The position numbers and the translations under genes are program-made. A model generated the notes under the pieces. The model had not been told where the DNA came from, searched no databases, and saw nothing but the letters and a program-made list of their open reading frames with translations. A stretch of 55,691 bases of DNA, the filler included, from Sphacelaria rigidula (lineage: Eukaryota): assembly GCA_964200075.2 (NCBI GenBank). It is 6 parts of 6 records of this genome, joined end to end, with 100 filler letters (N's around TTAATTAATTAA, not from the genome) between each part and the next. Parts side by side here need not be neighbours in the genome. Positions count along the whole stretch, not along the records: positions 46,494 to 55,691 come from CAXNAA020009064.1; 5 more parts are not named here. One strand, written 5' to 3'. Position 1 is the stretch's first letter; every line of letters begins with the position of its first letter. Below are positions 47,265 through 55,691 of this stretch, piece after piece.

Positions 47265-48940
47265 CCCATAGCCTGATCCGGCGAGAACCAGGTGTGCTCC
47301 GCCCGGCTTTGTAGGGGCGGGCTTCGTATACGGTTGGCATCGGTTGGCAACGACGCTGTCAAACACACCACTCACTGCGTAAGCTAGGCAACCAGGTTAT
47401 CGGTCTTTTTCGCGCGCTCACGTCTTATTTCGCGGTAAGCATGATGGTAGTCGAGCTAAATTATATTGTACGGCGTGGGAAGATATCAACTCCGCACAAA
47501 GCGGATGATCACACTACGTAGTGTTTCAATGGTGAGACACCCCCATGAGGCACTGCATAAGCCGTGGCTGTCTCTGGAAGTGGAAGTGGCGATAGCAGAA
47601 AAAGAAGTAGCTCATTGGAGGCTGTCATCCTAATGAAAGATAATCAGTGGGCTTCGCGCCAAGCAATCTGCACGGGATGCAGCTCACCCTTCATGCGACT
47701 CGGTGAACACACCACGGCGCTTCGCGCTTGGTGATTGAGCGCGAGCCTGGTCCGGCAAAACCCCGGCGTGCTCCGTCCCGGCTTTGTAGGGATGCGAGGT
47801 CAGTGGTCTTTTGACTACGGCATGCATGATCAATACTACATCCCCCCTCCCTCGCCCCCCCCCATAGCCTGGTCCGGCGAGAACCCGGCGTGCTCTGTCC
47901 CGGCTTTGTAGGGACGGATCCCCGATGAGATTGGCGTCGGTTGGCGATGACGATGTAAAACACGTCACTCACCGGGAAGCTGGGCAACCATTAGTTACCG
48001 GTTTGTTTTTGCGCGTCTGCGTTTTCATTTTCGGTGTCCATGATGGTAGTCGAGCTAGATCATATTGTGCGGCGTGGGAAGACATCAACTCCGCACAAAG
48101 CGGATGATCACACTACGTAGTGTTTCAATGGTGAGACACCCCCATGAGGCACTGCATAAGCCGTGGCTGTCTCTGGAAGTGGAAGTGGCGACAGCAGGGA
48201 AAGAAGTAACACATTGGAGGCTGTCATCCTAATGAAAGATAATCAGTGGGCTTCGCGCCAAGCAATCTGCACGGGATGCAGCTCACCCTTCATGCGACTC
48301 GGCGAACACACCACGGCGCTTCGCGCTTGGTGATGGAGCGCGAGCCTGGTCCGGCAAAACCCCGGCGTGCTCCGTCCCGGCTTTGTAGGGGCGGACCCCC
48401 GATGAGGTTGGCGTCGGTTGGCGTCGGTTGGCGATCACGATGTAAAACACACCACTCACTGCGTAAGCTAGGCAACCATTAGTTACCGATTGTTTTTTGC
48501 GCGTCTGCGTTTTCATTTTCGGTGTCCATGATGGTAGTCGAGCTAGATCATATTGTACGGCGTGGGAAGACATCAACTCCGCACAAAGCGGATGAGCACA
48601 CTACGTAGTGTTTCAATGGTGAGACACCCCCATGAGGCACTGCATAAGCCGTGGCTGTCTCTGGAAGTGGAAGTGACGATAGCAGAAAAATAAGTAACTC
48701 ATTGGAGGCTGTCATCCTAATGCAAGATAATCAGTGGGCTTCGCGCCAAGCAATCTGCACGGGATGCAGCTCACCCCTCATGCGACTCGGCGAACACACC
48801 ACGGCGCTTCGCGCTTGGTGATGGAGTGCGAGCCTGGTCCGGCGAAAACCCGGCGTGCTCCGTCCCGGCTTTGTAGGGATGCGAGGCCGATAATCTTCTG
48901 ACTATGACATGCAAGATCATGAGTACCCCCCCTCCCCCCA
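47265..48940 (+). repeat. Tandem array of ~3 units of a 490-600-bp dispersed repeat
   Basis: Anchor CATGATGGTAGTCGAGCTA at ~47440, ~48039 and ~48527; internal sub-repeat CCGGCGTGCTCCGTCCCGGCTTTGTAGGG. Confidence 0.92.
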
Positions 48941-49306
48941 CCTTTGAGTACACCCCCCCTATCTCAGGATGACTCTTTCGCCCGTACTGGTTGTCGGTGT
49001 GTCACAATCACCGGGGCGAGGCGGTTATTGTAGTATAGTTTTAATATACACAGCACGAATGGCCCATGACGTACATCTTTTGTTACACCACTTTATTTTT
49101 CTTCTCCCGAGGAGTCGGCTTACTGATCGAATTCTTTCCCGCGATCCATGAAGCGGTCCGCGCATCTATTCACTTGAGGTTCTTACATGCTGACATGGTC
49201 ACTTACTGACGTTCACAGCCCCGGTCACAGAAAATCAAATCGAAGAATTTGCCCCGCTACCGTCGGATCGAGCAGGAAAACACATGAATCAGCGAAGAAG
49301 GCGACG

Positions 49307-52300
49307 ATGCAATTAGCCTCCATGTATGGCCCACCAGCAGCCTTCGGGGGGAGCCCGATGATGGGATACGGGCCGGGGTTCATGGACCCGCACATGCTTG
49401 GTCATGCACCATATGCGGTAAGAAGGAGGTCATTATTCGGCACGAAATGAACGCGCTCTTTTCTGTTCTCGACGCTTCTCTGCTGTGCTGTGCTGTGCTG
49501 TGCTGTGCTGTACGGTAGGTGTATGATTTTCGTTGGAGGGCTTTGTCTTTACGCTGGTTAATTGCTGAATGCAAATAGCTGTGTGTATGTGAATTGGTGA
49601 CTTCTGGTGGCACTCATGTCTCTGTAGAACATTGATTTTTTCTAGTACTGTGTCGTCACTGTGCTGTTGGATGGTTGAGTGGACGGGTGGCGAGCTGTTG
49701 CGGACGAGTATCCTTTGTCCTCCGCATCCGTCAATCTTTGCTCGGTGTTTTGTTCGCTGAGCCTGTATAGTGCGGAGCATGTATCCCGGGGATGGAAAAA
49801 GAGGTACATGCGGAAATGGCGTGCAAGTGTTGGGTCATAACTATTAGGAAGAGCGTGCGACTTCGTTTGGACACGTTACAGCAGTGTCACAGTGGCTGCC
49901 AGCGTACACCACGTGCAAAACATGAAAGCATATACCCCCATGAAAATGGTTCACCGAGTAGATATATACATATATGTATATATTGGTAATGCACTTGACT
50001 TGTGAATCACAAGCGGTCAGGGGTTCTGCAGCGCTGATTTTTTTTACAGAAGATCAATATCCACGCGTTTATGTAAATACGAGGAGGCGTTTTGCCTTTT
50101 GAAACAAAACTATTCTGAACGCAAGATGTCTCGTAGTTAGTCTGGCGCGATCTGTGGAGGGTTCGCAGGGCAAGGGTTAATGAATTGAACAGTGCTTCTC
50201 GCGATTCGCCGACCCCTTATTCCACTTCTTTTGTTTTGGCAGGACTTTTACGGGAGCGGAGCGTACGGTCACCATCCTCATCATCCCCACCCGCATCATC
50301 CAGCGTACAACGCTTACGGCCACCCCTTACCGATGCCGCATTACCTAGCACATATGCCCATGTATGGTCATCACAGCAAAGATACGCTCGCCCCCAGCGT
50401 GCAGTATCGATTAGATCGGCTGTGCGCGACGGGCTTTTGCAAGGCGAGCGAGATAGACGAGCGCTGTCGAAAGTTCATGAGGGAGGTGCCCGAGCCCGTG
50501 GCGCTCGGCGCGATCGAAGAATTCAGCATGGTCGACCGGACAAATATCCGAAAAGTATCGGCGTACTTCATGGTGAGCTCGAGGGAGAGAGTTTAGCACG
50601 GTTGATAGGTATTGGGGCGCGGCGGAAGAATTTTTCAAGGGTCCGTCGAGTAGGGTATCTATCCCCTGTGCCCGGGTATTTAGAAAAGGCGTACTAATAG
50701 TGATGAAAAAACTGAGTGGAGTGTTGAGATCGTACCGAATCTACCCAAAACTTGGGTAGAGTAAATACCCGAGTATAGTGAATACCCGAGTATTCTACCT
50801 CGGTACTCAAAAGTGCAGATCCTAGCCGACCTGCCCTTGAAATCTTCGTCTTGTTTCAGATTGATTGGGAGTACCGTCCCATCATAGTGCTGTTTCGTAT
50901 CAGCCGGGCATGAACGCACTATAGCGGGACCCTCTGTGACATACGGGTATGATGATTACTTGGACATAGTATAGTGGGTCGGGCTAATGACAAGGGATCT
51001 TGAACGTGTCATGGAGGGGTGCCGCAATCTGAAGGGATCGCACTATGATTTGATCCCTGCTCTACGTCGCTCTAGTGCGGATTACCCTGAGGGGGGGCGT
51101 TGGTCCCTGGCCCGATACCGCCGTTGGTTGGTCTCTTCTGCTTTGCTATCCTTTGAAAGCAAAGCTTTATCCATTGTGAAAATATTGCAACATTTATTGT
51201 GTCGTACCTGTGCGTGGGAATTTTGCTTCGACCGGTCTTTCGGTTCCTTCGAAATTCGCGGTCCCTTTGTAGCCGCGTCGGTGGTGACCTATGCTGTGGC
51301 ATTACACTATAGGGCAATGTATATGTTTTGATGACAACTGGTGTGTGATATATATCACTGCCGACCAAGTCTCTATCTCTCAAGAACCCCCGACCTGCGA
51401 ACGAATCGCTTGACTTGCGCGACATTCTTGTACCGCACTGTACTGTACTGTACGGTATGTATCGTATAACATTATATTAAATGAGATAAGAAACACATGT
51501 GTGCTATGATACATGACATCTCCTTTTATCCGACACGCCTACTTACAAGCAAGCCCAGTCTGCTCGTCTTTAACTGTCGGTATTGTCCACCTCTGCTCGG
51601 GTCGTCATATTTCGTGGGTTACTGAGTAGACGGGGCAGTGTGCGTCCCCACCATTACCAGTCTACTTTAGAAGCCAATACTGTGTCCCAGCAAGAAATAC
51701 CCAGTTCCTCTCCATGGCACGTAATACACGTCCCGTGACTCTCATTGAGTAAGAAGCTACTGCTCGAACACCCGCATTCTGGGTTAACCCTTTGACCGCG
51801 AGGGTAGGTCACCTGCTGAATCGGCATCGATTTCACTGGGAACAGTATGCGTGATCCAGATGAACTACCTGCATCGCGGTCTAAGGGTTAAGGTGCAACG
51901 TACCCGCTGTCCTTGAGTACCTCGCACACATGTATACATAAATGTTAGTTGTGGGGTAATAGACGCAATCGGGTACACCTGGGATACTGTTGGATCAAAA
52001 GTAGGCACAGGGTCTCAAGATCTGAGTCGGCATACGGTGGTGTTTCTACATCGTTAGGCCTGATGCGCGCTCTCTACGAACCAAAATGCACCAGTTCTTC
52101 TGCCTATATAGGGAGGGTAGGTGCTGTGCCCCAACGCGGAGAGCCCAGACTGCGCCCTGCCAACGCACATCGGGATCTTCTGGTTAAAGTTCGCGTACAT
52201 GCTAGTGTACCGGTTTGGGTTTGGTCGCAGAAATGAGGGCGGTGGGATCTTCCGCTCGTGCGCTTCGCCAGAGTCACGTACACTTTGTTCATTAACAGGT

Positions 52301-54765
52301 GCACTTCCTGGCACAAAGAGGTACACTTTCAGCCTCAAACAGGTACACTCTCCGCGTCAAACTGGTACGCTTTCTGACACAAACGGACACACTTTCCGTC
52401 TCAAACAGGTACACTTTCTGCAACAAACAGGCACACTTTTCGCGCACACAGTGAAAGTTCAGCATTGAGGTACATGTCTGTGAAAAGATAGCTCTGAAAC
52501 AGGTATATACTTGATGCTTTGGTACAGATCGAAGCAGTTGACTGCTTAGCGATCAGAGACGATGAAAATATTGATTGAAATATAGCGTGCTTGAGGTTGA
52601 ACCTCTTTTGGGTCGAACAAAATTGTCCAGGTACATATTTATTTATACATGTGGCGTGCGACAGCGGTGTCATCACCGGTAGGAGGTGAACCATGCACAC
52701 CCTGGACAAAAGAATACGCAGTAAAAAAATGTACTGCGTACAGTATCGACTATTACGCCTATTGCAATAGACAATATATTCCATACTGTACGCGGTACAT
52801 TTTTTCACAATATCATCTATTGTCCAGTGTGTGGAACCATGTGTATGTATCACTACGGGGAGAAACGGAGATAAAAAGGGGAGGGGGGTGGGGACCCGGG
52901 TAAGATTGACGATCCGTGGGTTACGATGTTTTAATATCACACGTTCACCGACTGATTTGCCTGGCGCTTAACCCTTACACCGCGAGGGCAGGTCACCTGT
53001 TGCATCGACATGACTTTCACCTGAAAAAAGTATGCGTGATACAGGTGGACTAACCACCCTCCCGGTCCAAGATTTTAAGTACAGTCGGATTCTTGTTTCT
53101 TTGTCGGAACAGGGCGTCATTCGCAAGCACGCCGACAATTTCAAGGGGGCTGAGGCGGGCGCAGGGTCGCAGATGAGCATGGGGATGGGCGCCATGGCCG
53201 CGATGAGCGCGATGAGCATGATGCCCCCAGGGATGATGCCTATGCCGGGATACGGGGCAGGCATGAAACGCGGACGAGAAAGCGAGGGCCCCTACATCGC
53301 CAACAAGATGCAGCATCGGCCCAGGTCTATGGGGGGAGCGGCTACTGGTGACGCAATGGAGGTCGGTACCTTTTTTTTCTTCTCTTACTCCCGCCGCCGC
53401 GTCCCGCATCCCGTATCCATTCTGTAATCTCGGTTGTGCGTGCCACGTTGTTAAACTCCATCTATTTTGCGGTCTATACTTTCTTGTGGTTGGCCTTGAC
53501 GTATGCCGAATTATTGTTTCTGGGGGTGACGGGTCGCGAAAAAAAGAGAAGACATGTTTGGGGGGGGGGATTCTACACGTAGTTTCCTTTAGACGATGGA
53601 AGTGGCCACGTTACAAATGTTGTTGAATCGGTAGTACCTGTACCGAGCTATCGAATTATGAAAAATGTGGGCCATGAACAAATTGGTGTGCTGGCTCGCG
53701 GACACGCAAGGCTGTTGAAGCGGTGTTTCTGTTCGACCAGGAGAGTCATCCCGTTCACGAAACAGTTTGTTTCCTGTAGTCGACAATACAGCACTTGTCT
53801 TGATTTTCTTGCCTCACTTCTCCCTGGATGGTAGTTGGATGCTAGTGCAGTGTACTGCGAAGAAATACCCCATTTTTGGTCCTATGCACGATGCTAAAAT
53901 GGCTGTGTTCTCTTCCTTGTGTCATTTTGCTTTCCCCTACCTTCTAACCCCTTCCTTTCCTCTTCGGGACGAGTCCGTGGTCTGAAGAGATCAATCCCTG
54001 CTTCCCTCGGTATACGCCTCCTTATATTTTGATACGGCGGGTTGAATAAGGACCATTAATGTTTTCTTTCTTTCTTTTCTTCTTTTTTCTCCCCGTTGAA
54101 CTCGGGGGAGCTACTTCACACATCTTTTCGTGGCGTCTCTCTTTTTTGGGGGGGGGTGGGGGTGGGGTAATATTTTCTGTAAGGAAAAGCAGGGGCAGTG
54201 TTGGAAAGGCGAGCCTACGTCTGTGACCACGGGTTCGCGAGATCGGACTGATGTGCGGAAATAATAATAATAATAAATCAGTGCTTCCGCACCGCGTCGA
54301 CTGTCGTCTGAAAAGTTGAGCCATCGTGCAGTTTCTTTTTCCTAGTCACGTCCTCACACCTTCAGGCTTTCAACGGCGGAAATGAAATACTTGTACGTGA
54401 AGAAGGAAAAAATGAAACTAGAGGCCTCCGGGGGAATCGAACTCGCGTTTTCCCCACCCTAGCGGTTTGTTTCAATTGCACCATTGCATCACCCGGGCGC
54501 GGCACTAATTACACCGCACGATGATCCGTGCATCACATGACAAAGATACGATGTGATGCGATGTGTGTGTGCGTGCGTGTTTGCATGATGACCCTACAAT
54601 AATTGATTACAGAGTTTACTTTTTTCTTGTGTGTAAATGCTTTGGGTGGTGCAGCGATTGGCAACGGCGCCCGCCGGGGTGCAGAGCGCAGTACGAGACT
54701 TGATCTCGTCGGGAGTGGTGAGCGACATCGACCTCGACGACCGTGTGACCAGTGCCATCTTACAG
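49307..54765 (+). CDS. Protein with tandem hnRNP-Q/R acidic (NURR)-like domains, 5' exons
   Basis: Phase-0 exons 49307-49417, 50243-50572, 53113-53361 and 54655-54765. Domain 1 VQYRLDRL..EIDERC..ALGAIEEFSMVDRTNIRKVSAYFM|GVIRKH; domain 2 begins VQSAVRDLISSGVVSDIDLDDRVTSAILQ. 3' end lies beyond the window. Confidence 0.82.
50636..50839. mobile_element. Short CAAGGG-TIR MITE related to the ends of 41755-43599
   Basis: CAAGGGTCCGTCGAGTAGG..CCTAGCCGACCTGCCCTTG. Confidence 0.7.
51788..51887 (+). mobile_element. piggyBac-type 100-bp MITE
   Basis: TTAA|CCCTTTGACCGCGA..TCGCGGTCTAAGGG|TTAA. Confidence 0.85.
52293..52447. repeat. ~22-bp minisatellite (AAACAGGTACACTTTC core, ~7 copies)
   Basis: Direct inspection. 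Confidence 0.85.
52696..52832. repeat. Palindromic MITE-like element
   Basis: AAAAAATGTACTGCGTACAGTAT / ATACTGTACGCGGTACATTTTTT, with outer CTGGACAA / TTGTCCAG. Confidence 0.75.
52972..53073 (+). mobile_element. piggyBac-type MITE, second copy in the same intron
   Basis: TTAA|CCCTTACACCGCGAGGGCAGGTCACCTG.. colinear with 51788-51887. Confidence 0.75.
53947..54499 (-). mobile_element. tRNA-derived SINE-like element, family 2, with ~230-bp internal insertion
   Basis: Minus-strand head with A-box-like TGATGCAATGG and B-box-like AGTTCGATTCC; homologous to 44545-44810. Confidence 0.65.
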
Positions 54766-55546
54766 GTGAAGTAGAACACCAGGGAGTCATGCCACGGTAG
54801 AGGTTGCACATCTGCACATTTGCAAGGGTCGGAGGAATTGATGATTCGTCTGGAATTTACTTGATTTTAGTGTAATTGATTCGTATCGTACGAATCAAAT
54901 CCCTAGGCTTTGTTTTCAGCGTTGCAACCCAGGTACGCGGAGCCCAGGCACGTGGAATGGCGCAAAAATTGCGTGTAGACCTGTTTGACCAGCGACAATT
55001 TTTTTCTTTTCTTTTTAGAACAACCTGGCCTGAAACGTCTGGGGTATGGTGATTTGAACCGGCGATGCTTCGTCCCAACCGTGAACATCTGGACCTAGAT
55101 GTTCATCATTGACAGACTGTTGAATTTGGAAGCTACAGAACAAGATGGGTTAGGACATTCCCGTTTTGAAAATCATTCGAGGCATCCGTAGCCCATTGGA
55201 GTGAGTGCTAATCTTGGTGTGCTTTTACATCTTTCATGACGGTCGTTTTTTGAATGATGGGATGACGGGCTTCTAACTGTTGAAGCCGGAGACATCTTTC
55301 GTGCACCTCGACTGTGGCACTACTCGACGATAGCCTGTTTGTTTTTGACCTTTCTGATGCCTACGCGAGTACCAGGATATATCAGCATTAACATTTCCAA
55401 ACACGCAGGCCCACACCCACACACATGCCTCGGGATATCGTCTTGTCTGAGACGAATGCTCATGTTCCGTTACCTTGGGTCATTGTCCATTACTATGGTA
55501 CTACTGATATTTGAGTGGGAGTGGTGGGCGGTGGGGGGAGGGGGGA

Positions 55547-55691
55547 GGGTACTCAGTTGTTGCCTGCCTTGGTCGTTTGACCATTGAACCATTGACCACG
55601 CATTTCTTCCCAGGCGGAGCACCGTGGGGGGGCGGAGGGGGGGGGGGGGCGTACTCATTTTTTGCTTGCCTTAGTCGTTTGACCATTGACC
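55547..55691 (-). mobile_element. Two tandem LINE 3' termini
   Basis: GTACTCA..TGC.TGCCT..GTCGTTTGACCATTGA occurs twice, each preceded by a G-run, as at 27914. Confidence 0.75.

Noticed and set aside
52293-52447. Repeat-spacer-like pattern suggesting CRISPR
   Set aside because: Variable parts are only ~6 bp, the repeats are degenerate, it lies in a eukaryotic intron and there are no cas genes; it is a minisatellite.

Overview
Eukaryotic nuclear DNA, most likely a brown alga or related stramenopile (long repeat-rich GT-AG introns, signal peptide + AF plastid-targeting motifs). The window is not contiguous: six ~9.2-kb contigs (1-9199, 9300-18498, 18599-27797, 27898-37095, 37196-46393, 46494-55691) are joined by artificial N44-TTAATTAATTAA-N44 linkers. 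Contig 1 holds the most unusual object: a ~6.5-kb TIR-bounded element (2413-8910) in which one hAT-like DDE transposase lies in two convergent halves. The N-half (coiled coil, both catalytic Asp motifs) is on the minus strand; the C-half (CxxH, TRW, ExxFS) is on the plus strand. The other contigs carry spliced host genes: a D27-like beta-carotene isomerase, a PfkB kinase, a complete plastid-targeted START protein head-to-head with a second plastid-targeted gene, a DEAD-box helicase with a GC-AG intron, a Nudix hydrolase and a protein with two hnRNP-Q acidic (NURR)-like domains. These sit among MITEs, tRNA-derived SINEs, LINE and Copia relics and satellites, including a retroposon-like tail resembling the 28S rRNA sarcin-ricin region. 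All family calls come from reading motifs by eye, not from database searches.
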